A stretch of 64,000 nucleotides of DNA from Spirochaetia bacterium (GCA_045606105.1 JAZURI010000001.1:1-64000); one strand, 5' to 3'; numbered from the stretch's first letter, positions 18,128-28,517 are shown. Numbers and translations: made by a program. The notes: generated from the letters alone by a model not told the origin.

Positions 18128-19309
18128 TCAATCCCTGCTTTCGGCAGGGATTTTTTTTGGCTCCTTGAGAAAGAGTCCTATTACAAAGGCGATTCCCGAA
18201 ATGCCGGCACAGATGACAAAAAGCTTTTCTATGCCAAAGGCTGCTGCCGCAATTCCAAGTACCAGCGGAGAAAGGGTCTGTGCCGTACTTGTCACGAAGG
18301 AATAGACCGAATATGCTCCGTCGATATTCATATCCAGCTCCTTGGCTGTATCTGCCAGGAATGTGGTAAGCACAGGTACGGTTCCTTTTGACAGGATTCC
18401 CATTATTACCAGAAGTACTATCATCATCTGCAGATTGTGTGTAACGGAGAGGCTGTATACTGTCAGGGCCAGACAAAGCTCTGCTGTCAGGAAAACCTTT
18501 TTTGCCCCCTTGCACTCGGTTATTCTGCCGCAGACCATTTTCCCCAGATAATTTCCCACAAAGAAGACACCGGTTAGTGAGCCGATAAGTGCGGTATCAA
18601 AGCCTTTTGCCTGGAACAGGAAAGGGAGGAACAGAAAAAGGGATATGACAGAAAAGTTGTCGAAGAAAATAGCTGTAAGGAGCAAGGCCATCCTTTTCGG
18701 CGGTCTGCAGAGTACCTTTTTCTTCTTTTCAGCCTTTTCGGTGCCGGCTGTTTCATTTCGGTATCTTCTGCAGGTCAGGATAATGATTCCTACCACGAAA
18801 GGGAGAACCGAATATACAAGGGCTGTGGTGCTCCAGGTGATATGGGCTATCATGAAGGTCAGCAGAACGGAGAAAGCTATTCTTCCGATATCGCCATTGG
18901 CTGTGAAGTTGCCCATTTCCCGTCCCAGTCTGCTGCCGTTGGTCTTGGCCACTGCCGCAAAGGCCAGAGGATGGAATACGCCGAAGCCTATGCTTCCCAT
19001 GAGGAATGCCAGCAGTACCAGCATATAGCTCTGAGCAAAGAACATGATGAAAAAGGAGATTGCTATAAAAAGTGCCGCAAAGCCCAGGGCATGGAAGCTT
19101 CCCAGGCATGCTCCCAGGTAGGCCGACGGAAAGGCCAGTATTATGCTTGAGAAGTTGAGAATGCTTCCCAGGAATCCGGCCTGAGAAAGGGAGAGCGATA
19201 TATCAACCCTGATAAAAGGGAGAAAAAGGGGAAGGGCGGCCAGGTAGCCGTCATTCATCATATGAAGTCCCGAAAGGACAAACCCGTCTGTAATTCTCAG
19301 CTTTTTCAT
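18128..19309 (-). CDS. MFS transporter (Fsr-like)
   Basis: HMMND, GVFHP, about 12 TM segments. Start ATG 19309 overlaps the ttcA stop (ATGA). Confidence 0.88.
   Translation of the reverse strand: MKKLRITDGFVLSGLHMMNDGYLAALPLFLPFIRVDISLSLSQAGFLGSILNFSSIILAFPSAYLGACLGSFHALGFAALFIAISFFIMFFAQSYMLVLLAFLMGSIGFGVFHPLAFAAVAKTNGSRLGREMGNFTANGDIGRIAFSVLLTFMIAHITWSTTALVYSVLPFVVGIIILTCRRYRNETAGTEKAEKKKKVLCRPPKRMALLLTAIFFDNFSVISLFLFLPFLFQAKGFDTALIGSLTGVFFVGNYLGKMVCGRITECKGAKKVFLTAELCLALTVYSLSVTHNLQMMIVLLVIMGILSKGTVPVLTTFLADTAKELDMNIDGAYSVYSFVTSTAQTLSPLVLGIAAAAFGIEKLFVICAGISGIAFVIGLFLKEPKKIPAESRD
18129..18158 (+). terminator. Intrinsic terminator after the lipoprotein gene (overlaps the MFS 3' end)
   Basis: AATCCCTGC-TTTCG-GCAGGGATT followed by a T-tract. 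Confidence 0.75.
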
Positions 19310-20052
19310 TTCGGCAGATACTCCTCGTTTATGTTCCAGGGTGCCTCGAAAACATGTTCCCTCAGTCGTCGGTTGTCCCGGTTCAGCATATCGATTATAG
19401 GCTTCATTTTCAGCCTCATGTTTGTGTTCTTGAAAGGGCATCCTGTGTTGTAGGTAGGAAATTCCAGCCTTTCAGCCATGAGCCTCAGCTTTGATTCGTG
19501 TACCATGCACATGGGTCTGATCAGGGTCAGCTTTCCTCCGAAGAACTGCTGTACCGGCATCATTGTCGAAAAATTCCCCCTGTAGCAGAGGTTGATGAGT
19601 GTGGTCTCGATAATATCGTCCATGTGGTGACCGGTGGCTATCTTGGTAAAGCCCAGCTCCGTCGCCCTGTCAAAAAGCATTCTTTTCCGGTTCCTGGCAC
19701 ACAGATAGCAGTTGAAGTCCCCTCTGAAGGATTCGGGAAACATGTCAGCCTTCACTACCTCGTAGGGAATTTCCAGAAGCTCGAAGAATTCCTCCATCTT
19801 CCGGGCATCCTCCTCCGGCATGGGATATTGGTTCCAGTCTATTCTCATGGCCCGCAGCTCATAGTTGATGGGAAGCCATCTTTTTCTTACAGCCAGGGCA
19901 AAGGCCAGTGCCAGGGAATCCTTTCCTCCCGATATGGCCAGCAGAACCTTGTCTCCGTCCTCTATCATGTTAAACCGGTTTATTCCCCGTCCTGTTTCCT
20001 TGATTATTCTCTTTAACCAGGGCTGAAGTTCTACGGTATCTTTTTTTGTCAT
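19306..20052 (-). CDS. ttcA: tRNA 2-thiocytidine biosynthesis TtcA family protein
   Basis: PP-loop SGGKDS, CYLC, GHHMDD, LIRPM, GCP. Confidence 0.88.
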   Translation of the reverse strand: MTKKDTVELQPWLKRIIKETGRGINRFNMIEDGDKVLLAISGGKDSLALAFALAVRKRWLPINYELRAMRIDWNQYPMPEEDARKMEEFFELLEIPYEVVKADMFPESFRGDFNCYLCARNRKRMLFDRATELGFTKIATGHHMDDIIETTLINLCYRGNFSTMMPVQQFFGGKLTLIRPMCMVHESKLRLMAERLEFPTYNTGCPFKNTNMRLKMKPIIDMLNRDNRRLREHVFEAPWNINEEYLPK

Positions 20053-21224
20053 GAAAGCACGGACTCCTTCAGCTCCCTTATTTTTTCTGCCGCATCCGGG
20101 GCTGCAAATATGCGTATCTTTCTCAGAGGTGCCGCAAAAATCCGGAATGCCTCGTGGTTGTCAAAATTTATTTTTTCGGGAACATCGATGATCACTTCGG
20201 TTTCATCCAGTCCCAGCTCCAGAGCCAGCTCCCTTTCCCGTCTGCTCCTGGTTTCCAGATCCAGAAGACCGGTATGCCCCGGTGCATTGTCGTCAAAGGT
20301 CTCTTCTGCCGCCATCTTGTAAAGGTTTCTCTCCTGTACCATGGAAATAAGTTCCAGGGCCGGCAGCTTCTTCTCCCTGCTGAAGTCCACTATGGAATAG
20401 TCGTCCAGTCCGTAGAGTTCCTCCGGTCTGACTGCCTCCTCCCGCAGTGCGGTTACTATGGCTTTTTTTATCATTCCGGTGGCGCATCTTACAGTCTTGT
20501 GCCAGTATACGGTCTTGTACATCATGTATTTTGAAAAAAGGATGTTCTCCAGAGCCGGCTTCCCGTGAGGCAGCAGGTTGATTCCCTGCTCAGGGTCCGG
20601 ACAGATGGAGCTGAGTACAAAGTCTATATCCTGGATTCCGTAGGGAACGCCGCAGAACCAGGCATCGCGGGTCAGGTAATCCAGCTTGTCCGGATCCAGT
20701 ATTCCTGAAAGTATATGCCTGAAAAACAGTACCTCTTCCGAATCTGTTGCCAGGTTTTCGTCAACTATGGCGGCCGGAAGATAAGGGTCGGTTTTAAGCT
20801 CTTTTTTTATAAGGGAAAAGAGAGGCTCCGAAAGGATATATTCCGCAGTCAGTGTCTCGTGCTCCTTCAGCGGAAGCTCCTTCAGCGAGTGGGTGTAGGG
20901 AAAGTGTCCCAGGTCGTGAAGCAGACAGGCACATAAAAAGGCCTTTACTCCCTCCTCCGAAACCCTGGGACAGCTGTCAAAGGTTATCAGCTTTCTGATA
21001 ATTTTCTTTCCGATATGGTAAACGCCCAGGCTGTGACAGAATCTTGTGTGCACAGCTCCGGGGTAAACCAGATATGTGGGTCCCAGCTGCTTGATACGGT
21101 TCATTTTCTGAAGCACGGGGGAAGATACAATCTTCTTGAAGCCCTCCGAGAGCATTATGTTGCCCCAGACAGGATCCCTTACCGGCTTGCTGAAAAAGTT
21201 ATCAAGATAGGATGCAGCTGTCAT
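20049..21224 (-). CDS. HD-domain phosphohydrolase (SAMHD1/dNTP triphosphohydrolase-like)
   Basis: RIKQLG...VYPGAVHTRFCHSLG, LLHDLGHFPYTH, DKLDYLTRD, VYWHK. Confidence 0.88.
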   Translation of the reverse strand: MTAASYLDNFFSKPVRDPVWGNIMLSEGFKKIVSSPVLQKMNRIKQLGPTYLVYPGAVHTRFCHSLGVYHIGKKIIRKLITFDSCPRVSEEGVKAFLCACLLHDLGHFPYTHSLKELPLKEHETLTAEYILSEPLFSLIKKELKTDPYLPAAIVDENLATDSEEVLFFRHILSGILDPDKLDYLTRDAWFCGVPYGIQDIDFVLSSICPDPEQGINLLPHGKPALENILFSKYMMYKTVYWHKTVRCATGMIKKAIVTALREEAVRPEELYGLDDYSIVDFSREKKLPALELISMVQERNLYKMAAEETFDDNAPGHTGLLDLETRSRRERELALELGLDETEVIIDVPEKINFDNHEAFRIFAAPLRKIRIFAAPDAAEKIRELKESVLS

Positions 21225-23143
21225 TTCTGTATGAAATTAAGCATTCCGCCGGCTTCGATCAGGTTAAGACCCTTCTGCTCCATGTCATGGAGGAAGAAGA
21301 ATTCTTTTCCGGTTGCTTTGTCCACAGCCTTTACCCTGTTTCCCGACTTGATATCATCAATGAAGGATGGGAAATAAAGTGCTGCCCCTTCGCTGATAAG
21401 GTCATAGTCTGCAGGATTCTCGAAGGTCAGCGGCGCGATTCCGAAATTGATAAGGTTTGCCTTGTGGATTCTGGCAAAGCTCTTGGTGATTACCGCCTTT
21501 ACTCCCAGATACATAGGAGCCAGTGCAGCATGTTCCCTTGAAGAACCCTGTCCGTAGTTCTCTCCTCCGATGATGACACCTGTTCCTGCCTTCTTGGCTC
21601 TGTCGTAGAAGCCCGGACTTACTGCCTCAAATACGAATTTTGAAATTTCAGGAATATTTGAGCGGTATGGGAGAACCCTGGTACCGGCCGGCATGATATG
21701 GTCTGTAGTGATGTTGTCCCCGGTCTTGATGAGAACCTCTGCCTCGAATTCATTCGGTGCAGGTGAAGCCTTAGGACATGGCTTGATGTTAGGTCCTCTG
21801 ATGATTTCCAGTGAATCGAAATCCTTTTCGTCGGCAGGTGGGATGATCATGTTGTCATTGATTTCTGTGCAGGCTGTGTAATCCTTGATTTCCACCTTTA
21901 CCTTTCTTGGGTCTGTGATACAGCCGAAAAGGGCAGATGCCGCAGCTGTCTCAGGTGAAGCCAGATAGATTTCCGCATCTGCTGTACCGCTTCTTCCCTT
22001 GAAGTTTCTGTTGAAGGTTCTTACGCTGGCCCCCTTGGAGGATGGTGCAAAGCCCATTCCGATACAAGGCCCGCAGGCGCTTTCCAGGATTCTGGCACCG
22101 CTCTTGATAAGCTTCTTGATGATTCCTGCTTCCACGGCACTGGTATAGACCTGCTTTGATCCCGGAGAAACACCCAGGGATACATTGTCTGCGATTGTCT
22201 TTCCGTCCAGGATATCTGCTGCGATTCCCAGATCGTTTATTGATGAGTTTGTACAGGAGCCGATAGCTGCCTGAACTATTTCCTTTCCTTCGATTTCCCT
22301 TACCGGTACTACCAGGTCAGGCATGTGAGGCTGGGCGATCATAGGCTCGATTTCGTCAAGGTTCACCTCGATGATGCCATCGTATACGCATCCTTCGTCT
22401 GCCTTCATCTCCTGCCAGCCCTCTTCTCTTTTCTGGAGTCTGAGCCATTCCCTTGTCACTTCGTCGGAAGGGAAAACAGATGTGGTTACTCCCAGCTCGG
22501 CACCCATGTTGGTGATTGTGGCACGCTGAGGCACTGTAAGGGAGGCTACTCCCGGACCGAAATATTCAAATACCTTTCCTACGCCGTTCTTTACTGTTTC
22601 CCGGCGGAGAAGTTCCAGAATCACATCCTTGGAGCTGCACATGGGCTGAAGCTTTCCTGTAAGCCTTACTCCGATAACCTTAGGCATGGTAAGTGTGAAA
22701 GGGGCTCCTGCCATTGCACAGGCGATATCCAGTCCGCCGGCACCGATGGCCAGCATTCCGATACTTCCCCCGGTCGGTGTATGGGAGTCGGAACCCAGAA
22801 GGGTCTTTCCCGGAAGTCCGAATCTTTCAAGATGAACCTGATGACAGATTCCATTGCCCGGCCTTGAGAAATAGAGACCGTATTTCTTTGCAAAGCTCCT
22901 GAGGAAGGTATGGTCGTCAGGGTTCTTGTAGTCAGTCTGTATTGTATTATGGTCGACATAGGAAACTGAGAGCTCTGTCTTCACTCTCTTTATGCCGATG
23001 GACTCAAACTGCAGGTAAACCATTGTACCGGTTGCATCCTGGGTCAGGGTCTGGTCAATTCTTATGCCGATTTCCTTTCCGGTAACCATTTCACCGGAAA
23101 CAAGGTGTTTTTCCAATATTTTATATGTAAGTGTCTTGTTCAT
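21221..23143 (-). CDS. acn: Aconitate hydratase
   Basis: QDATG, DHN, GICHQ, GSDSHT, GSCTN, CGPCIG, NRNFKGR, TTDHI, GSSREHA. Confidence 0.92.
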   Translation of the reverse strand: MNKTLTYKILEKHLVSGEMVTGKEIGIRIDQTLTQDATGTMVYLQFESIGIKRVKTELSVSYVDHNTIQTDYKNPDDHTFLRSFAKKYGLYFSRPGNGICHQVHLERFGLPGKTLLGSDSHTPTGGSIGMLAIGAGGLDIACAMAGAPFTLTMPKVIGVRLTGKLQPMCSSKDVILELLRRETVKNGVGKVFEYFGPGVASLTVPQRATITNMGAELGVTTSVFPSDEVTREWLRLQKREEGWQEMKADEGCVYDGIIEVNLDEIEPMIAQPHMPDLVVPVREIEGKEIVQAAIGSCTNSSINDLGIAADILDGKTIADNVSLGVSPGSKQVYTSAVEAGIIKKLIKSGARILESACGPCIGMGFAPSSKGASVRTFNRNFKGRSGTADAEIYLASPETAAASALFGCITDPRKVKVEIKDYTACTEINDNMIIPPADEKDFDSLEIIRGPNIKPCPKASPAPNEFEAEVLIKTGDNITTDHIMPAGTRVLPYRSNIPEISKFVFEAVSPGFYDRAKKAGTGVIIGGENYGQGSSREHAALAPMYLGVKAVITKSFARIHKANLINFGIAPLTFENPADYDLISEGAALYFPSFIDDIKSGNRVKAVDKATGKEFFFLHDMEQKGLNLIEAGGMLNFIQK

Positions 23144-23218
23144 GTTAACAGAATAAAATAAATAATTTCATTGAGCAAGTCCATTTTAATATGATAAAAT
23201 AAAAATAAGGAGAAAGGT

Positions 23219-23803
23219 ATGCCTAAGAAATCGGGACAGGGAACCAAGGCCAGGATAGTTTCATCAGCCTGGAAGCTTTTTTTTGATCAGGGGTACGAAA
23301 ATACCACCATAGATGATATTGTCTTTGATTCCGAAACCTCAAAGGGCTCCTTCTATCACTATTTCAGGGGAAAGGATGAGCTTCCCGGAACCCTCTCCAT
23401 GCTCTTCGATGAAAAGTACGAGGAACTCAAGCCCCGCCTCAGGGAGGATATGCATGCCGTCGAAAAGCTGATTTTCCTTAATCACGAGCTTTTCACCATG
23501 ATAGACAACTGCATTTCCCTGGACCTTCTGGCCCGTCTTTTTGCCTCTCAGCTTACCACCCGCGGTGAAAAGCATCTTCTGGACAGGAACAGGACCTACT
23601 TCAAGCTGCTCCGTTCAATTATAAAGGAAGGGCAGGAAAAAGGTGAAATCCGTTCCGACATGTCTGTCAACGAGATCGTGAACAGCTATGCCATGTTTGA
23701 GCGAGCCATGATGTACGACTGGTGTCTCTGCAGCGGAGAATATGCCCTGGCCCGGTATGCAGCCCAGATGATGCCCATGTTTCTCGAGGGTTTCAGAAAA
23801 TAA
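23219..23803 (+). CDS. TetR/AcrR family regulator
   Basis: N-terminal HTH: GYENTTIDDI...SKGSFYHYF.GKDEL. Confidence 0.9.
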   Translation: MPKKSGQGTKARIVSSAWKLFFDQGYENTTIDDIVFDSETSKGSFYHYFRGKDELPGTLSMLFDEKYEELKPRLREDMHAVEKLIFLNHELFTMIDNCISLDLLARLFASQLTTRGEKHLLDRNRTYFKLLRSIIKEGQEKGEIRSDMSVNEIVNSYAMFERAMMYDWCLCSGEYALARYAAQMMPMFLEGFRK

Positions 23804-23985
23804 TTTTTAAAGCCGTACTAATTAAAGTTTGTAAATAGTACGGCAGATAAAATATTTAATAGAAATAAAATATATAAAGTACACCTCTGAACAGTCTGTA
23901 AAAATGCCGAAATAAATTCTATATTTACGTACATTGTTAAAAATGTTATAAATTCATAAATTCAGAATTTTACAGGGGTAAATCA

Positions 23986-25434
23986 ATGATAATTTCAGAA
24001 GTAATCGTATTCTGTCTCTACCTTGTATTCATGGTAGGAATCGGAATTTATTTCTTTACCAAGACAAAGCAGGGAAATGACAAGACCTATTTCCTGGGTG
24101 GAAGAAAGATGGGGCCTTGGGTAACAGCCCTCTCCGCAGGTGCATCCGACATGAGTGCATGGGTTCTCATGGGACTTCCTGCTTCCATCTACGCTCTCGG
24201 AACAGGACAGGTCTGGATTGCGGTGGGTCTCGCACTGGGATATGCCATCAGCTGGTTTACAGTGGCTCCTCGCCTCAGGGCTTTCTCCATTGTGGCCAAC
24301 GACTCCATTACCATTCCTCAGTACCTTACAAACCGTTTCCTTTCCAAATCCCATGCGCTCCAGATTCTCTGTGCCATAATCTTCCTGCTTGCATATACCG
24401 TGTATGCAGCATCAAGTATCAAGGCCTGCGGAACTCTTTTCAGCACAGTTATCGGAATCGATGCAAACATAGCAATGTACGTTGCGGCTGCCATCATCAT
24501 CGCATACGTGTTCATGGGCGGATTCAGCGCAGTATGCTGGACCGACTTCTTCCAGGGACTCCTTATGCTGGGTGCCCTTTTCCTGGCTCCTATCTTTGCT
24601 CTCTTCATGCTCCAGGGACAGTCTGTTGCTCCGCTTCCTGAAGGTTATCTCAACCCGGTTGCAAAGTGGCAGGATATCGTTTCAGGCTTCGGATGGGGTC
24701 TCGGATACTTCGGTATGCCTCACATCATCGTAAGATTTATGGCTGTTGACTCACAGGCATCCCTTGCAAGATCAAGAAAAATCGGTATTGCATGGACTGC
24801 ACTCATCCTTCTTTTCGCAGCTCTGGTAGGTATCATCGGAAGACTTTACCTCGGTTATGACGAAAACATCGACAAGAACTCCCTTGTGTTCATCACAATG
24901 GTAAGAAATATCTTCCCTGGCTTTATCTCAGGTATCCTTCTTTCAGCTATTCTCGCCGCTGCCATGTCAACTGCGGACAGCCAGCTCCTCCTTGCTGCTT
25001 CTGCTTTTGCCAGCGATGTTTATAAGCCTGTCATCAAGAAAGGAAAAATTTCCGACAAGGAAACACTCTGGGCAAGCCGTGTGGTTGTACTTATCATCGC
25101 TGTGGTTGCAGTGCTTATCGCAGCCAATCCAAACTCAGGATCCATCATGTCTCTGGTATCCAATGCCTGGGGCGTGTTCGGTGCCGCATTCGGACCGGCA
25201 ATCATTCTCAGCCTTTTCTGGAGAGACTTCACATTCAAGGGTGCCATTGCCGGAATTATAGCCGGTGCCGCAGTGGATATCCTCTGGCTTCTTAAATTTG
25301 CATCTACAGGTGTTTACGAAATCATCCCTGGTTTCATTGCCGGCCTGGTGGTTGCATATCTGGTTGCAAAAACCGGAAAGAACAGCAAGGAAGTGTGCGA
25401 GCTTTTCGATAGGGGTGTCAACTATAAGGACTGA
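23986..25434 (+). CDS. putP: Sodium/proline symporter
   Basis: YFLGGR, LSAGASDMSAW, WTDFFQG, GYFGMPH, AAAMSTADSQ. Confidence 0.92.
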   Translation: MIISEVIVFCLYLVFMVGIGIYFFTKTKQGNDKTYFLGGRKMGPWVTALSAGASDMSAWVLMGLPASIYALGTGQVWIAVGLALGYAISWFTVAPRLRAFSIVANDSITIPQYLTNRFLSKSHALQILCAIIFLLAYTVYAASSIKACGTLFSTVIGIDANIAMYVAAAIIIAYVFMGGFSAVCWTDFFQGLLMLGALFLAPIFALFMLQGQSVAPLPEGYLNPVAKWQDIVSGFGWGLGYFGMPHIIVRFMAVDSQASLARSRKIGIAWTALILLFAALVGIIGRLYLGYDENIDKNSLVFITMVRNIFPGFISGILLSAILAAAMSTADSQLLLAASAFASDVYKPVIKKGKISDKETLWASRVVVLIIAVVAVLIAANPNSGSIMSLVSNAWGVFGAAFGPAIILSLFWRDFTFKGAIAGIIAGAAVDILWLLKFASTGVYEIIPGFIAGLVVAYLVAKTGKNSKEVCELFDRGVNYKD

Positions 25435-25456
25435 TTAACCTCCTGAATATAAAATA

Positions 25457-25487
25457 GGGCCGGTTCGTAAGAATCGGCTTTTTTTTT
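25457..25487 (+). terminator. Intrinsic terminator
   Basis: GGCCGGTTC-GTAA-GAATCGGC followed by a T-tract. Confidence 0.75.
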
Positions 25488-25507
25488 GGCGGAATAGGTG
25501 ATATACT

Positions 25508-27184
25508 ATGATTATGGAGAAAATTATGTCAGAGATTACAGTAAGAGATATCAGCGGAAACGAGATCCGGACCTACTACGGAATTCCGGCGGGAGAGGCT
25601 CTCGAGAATCTGGGTATTACAGATAAAAACAGGATTCTGGCCGGAGTCAGGATCAATAACGAGGTCTATAACCTTAAGCTCAGGCTTACGGTAAGCAGTA
25701 CCCTTGAACCGGTGTATCTGGATTCATATTCCGGCGGAAGAATTTACAGAAGCACCTTCTGCTTCCTGCTCAATATGGTTTCCAAGGAGATTTTCCCGGA
25801 CCGGAGGCTTGTAATCGGCAATTCGGTATCAAATAACTATAATTTTTACTACGAAAACATTTCGGATGTAAGCGTGGAGGATCTTCAGCGCCTTGAGGAG
25901 GGAATCCGTGCCAAGGTGGCGGAAAATCTTCCTATAAATCATTCCATGCTTTCCTACGAGGATGCCGAAAAATTTTTCAGGGAGCAGGGAATGGAGGGTG
26001 CATCCCTTCTTATCAAATATAAAAATGATCCGGTAATCAATATCAATACCTGCGGAAACTATGCCGATCTTGCCCATACTCCCCTTATGCCTTCCACCGG
26101 AGAGCTTAAGCATTTCAGGATGATGTGCTATCATCAGGGCTTTCTGGTTTCCCTGCCTAAGATGGGTACCGTGGACGAGATTCCCATGTTCAAGGATGTG
26201 CCGGTTCTTACCTCCATCTTTCAGGAATCGAGAAAAAAGGGGCAGATCCTCAAGTTCAGCAATGTAGGTGAGCTCAATGCGTATATTGCATCCGGAAAGG
26301 AAAGAGATGCAATCCTTATGTGCGAGATGATGCACAATCTGAAGATTGCCGAAGCTGCCGCCAGAATAAAGGAAAGGCACGGTGTCAAGGTTGTCCTTAT
26401 TGCAGGCCCTTCATCCTCAGGAAAGACCACCTTTATCAAGAAACTCTCGACTCAGCTGCAGCTTCTTGGCTTCAATCCCCTGGCCCTTTCTCTGGACGAC
26501 TACTATGTTCCCCGTCTTCAGACCCCTAAGAACGAAAAGGGAGAGTATGACTACGAATGCCTGGAAGCCATAGATATAGATGTGCTTAACAAGGATCTCC
26601 TGGCTTTCTTTGAAGGAAAGGAGGTGGAGCTTCCGTACTATAACTTCAAGACAGGCCTCAGGGAATACCACGGCAACACAATCAAGGACAGCGAGAATGC
26701 AATTCTTCTTATCGAGGGAATCCACGGTCTCAACGACAGGCTCACATACCAGATTCCTGCGGAAGCCAAGTTCAAGATCTATATCTCTGCCCTTACCCAG
26801 ATGAATCTGGATGACCATAACAGAATTCATACTACAGACAACCGTCTTCTCAGAAGAATGATCCGCGATTTCAAGTACCGGGGCCGCAGCGCCGCAGAGA
26901 CCATAAAGCATTGGCGTGCAGTCCGGGAAGGGGAGGAAAAGTACATATTCCCGTTCCAGAACAATGCCGACTTTGCCTTCAACTCCGCTCTCGATTACGA
27001 GCTTGCGGTTCTCAAGATATTTGCAAGTCCGCTGCTCAAGTCCATCAAGCCTCATCAGAGAGAATACGGCGAGGCCAGAAGACTTCAGAACCTGCTTAAG
27101 AATTTCATGAACATACAGCCGCTCTATGTTTCCTCCAGCTCCCTGCTGAGGGAATTTATCGGAGACAGCATCTACAAATACTGA
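25508..27184 (+). CDS. Nucleoside (uridine) kinase with ThrRS-like N-terminal region
   Basis: IAGPSSSGKTT, LSLDDYY, IEGIHGLN, RLLRRMIRD, FNSALDYE. Confidence 0.88.
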   Translation: MIMEKIMSEITVRDISGNEIRTYYGIPAGEALENLGITDKNRILAGVRINNEVYNLKLRLTVSSTLEPVYLDSYSGGRIYRSTFCFLLNMVSKEIFPDRRLVIGNSVSNNYNFYYENISDVSVEDLQRLEEGIRAKVAENLPINHSMLSYEDAEKFFREQGMEGASLLIKYKNDPVININTCGNYADLAHTPLMPSTGELKHFRMMCYHQGFLVSLPKMGTVDEIPMFKDVPVLTSIFQESRKKGQILKFSNVGELNAYIASGKERDAILMCEMMHNLKIAEAAARIKERHGVKVVLIAGPSSSGKTTFIKKLSTQLQLLGFNPLALSLDDYYVPRLQTPKNEKGEYDYECLEAIDIDVLNKDLLAFFEGKEVELPYYNFKTGLREYHGNTIKDSENAILLIEGIHGLNDRLTYQIPAEAKFKIYISALTQMNLDDHNRIHTTDNRLLRRMIRDFKYRGRSAAETIKHWRAVREGEEKYIFPFQNNADFAFNSALDYELAVLKIFASPLLKSIKPHQREYGEARRLQNLLKNFMNIQPLYVSSSSLLREFIGDSIYKY

Positions 27185-27193
27185 GGAGAGGAT

Positions 27194-27808
27194 ATGGAAG
27201 AGAAAATTGAAAAGCTTATAGGCGAACTTAAAAGAAGAAGGATGGATGCCGCCTTTTTCGAGACAAAGGAGGAGCTTCTGGCCCATCTGAAAGAGCTTGT
27301 GCCTGAGGGGTCAACTGTAACATGGGGCGGCTCCGTGACACTGGGACAGACCGGTGTTATCGATATGTTCAGGAACGGACCTTACAAGGTGCTGGACAGG
27401 GCAGACTGCAGGACCCACGAAGAGGCTCATGAGCTTATGCACAAGGCATTTTTCAGCGATTACTATTTCATGAGCTCCAATGCCGTAACCGAAGACGGCA
27501 AGCTTGTGAACATAGACGGCAACGGCAACAGGGTGGCTGCCCTTATTTATGGCCCTGCAAATGTGGTTGTCATTGTCGGTACAAACAAGATAGTGAAGGA
27601 TGAGGCGGCTGCCATGGATCGGGTCAAGAATCTGGCTTCACCGATGAATTCAAAGCGGCTCAACATGCCGGTACCCTGCGTAAAGACAGGAAAGTGCGAG
27701 CACTGTGTGGGAGAGGGAACCATCTGCTGTCACACAGTCATTTCAAGGGTGTCCAGACAACCGGGCAGAATAAAAGTGTACATTGTTAACGAAGCACTTG
27801 GTTTTTGA
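27194..27808 (+). CDS. LUD-domain (lactate utilization) protein
   Basis: WGGSVTL, SSNAVTEDG.LVNIDGNGNRVAA, PCVKTGKC..C. Confidence 0.85.
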   Translation: MEEKIEKLIGELKRRRMDAAFFETKEELLAHLKELVPEGSTVTWGGSVTLGQTGVIDMFRNGPYKVLDRADCRTHEEAHELMHKAFFSDYYFMSSNAVTEDGKLVNIDGNGNRVAALIYGPANVVVIVGTNKIVKDEAAAMDRVKNLASPMNSKRLNMPVPCVKTGKCEHCVGEGTICCHTVISRVSRQPGRIKVYIVNEALGF

Positions 27809-27849
27809 CAGAAACCGTTATATAATTTTTAAAACCAAAGGAGTAAAAG

Positions 27850-28389
27850 ATGAAAATTGCAAAAGATAAAGTTGTAACATTTGATTATATCCTCAAGGAT
27901 GCAGAAGGAAACATTCTTGAAGATACAGAAGGTCAGGGAGCAAGCTATCTCCACGGCTATGAGAATCTTCTTGCGGCTGTAGAAGCTGCTCTTGAAGGAA
28001 AGGAACCGGGCGACAAGGTACAGGTGGTTGTAGCTCCTGAAAACGGCTTCGGCGAATATGATGACACACTGGTTGTAAAATTCCCTATCGAAGAGTTCGG
28101 CGATGAAAAACCGGAAGAGGGACAGCAGATCATCATGCCTAATGACGATGAAGAGGATATTATTTTCGAAATCGTGGAAATCAAGGACGGAGAGGTTACT
28201 CTGGACGGAAACCACCCATATGCAGGTGAAACACTTGATTTCGATATTACAATCGTTGATGTAAGGGATGCAACTCCTGAAGAAATCGAAGCCGGCGACA
28301 TCGAATGCTGCTGTGAATGTGGCTGCGAGGATGACTGCGACTGTGGCTGTGACTGCGACGACGACCAGGATTGCTGCTGCAAGAAATAA
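27850..28389 (+). CDS. slyD: FKBP-type peptidyl-prolyl isomerase SlyD with Cys/Asp-rich tail
   Basis: YLHG, LDGNHPYAG, VRDATPEEI; tail CCCECGCEDDCDCGCDCDDDQDCCCKK. Confidence 0.92.
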   Translation: MKIAKDKVVTFDYILKDAEGNILEDTEGQGASYLHGYENLLAAVEAALEGKEPGDKVQVVVAPENGFGEYDDTLVVKFPIEEFGDEKPEEGQQIIMPNDDEEDIIFEIVEIKDGEVTLDGNHPYAGETLDFDITIVDVRDATPEEIEAGDIECCCECGCEDDCDCGCDCDDDQDCCCKK

Positions 28390-28398
28390 CCCTGAATA

Positions 28399-28430
28399 AA
28401 AAAACACCTGGCTGAAGTCAGGTGTTTTTT
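28399..28430. terminator. Bidirectional intrinsic terminator
   Basis: A-tract + CACCTG...CAGGTG + T-tract between convergent genes. Confidence 0.75.
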
Positions 28431-28517
28431 CGTATTATAGGGGAAATATAAAAAGTTTATTTGAAAGAATAATAGCTCCGGAGCAGAATAATTTCAATAA
28501 TTAATAAAATTTAGTAA

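Noticed and set aside
25508-27184. ThrRS-N/uridine kinase fusion as a novelty
   Set aside because: This architecture is already known in anaerobes and spirochaetes.
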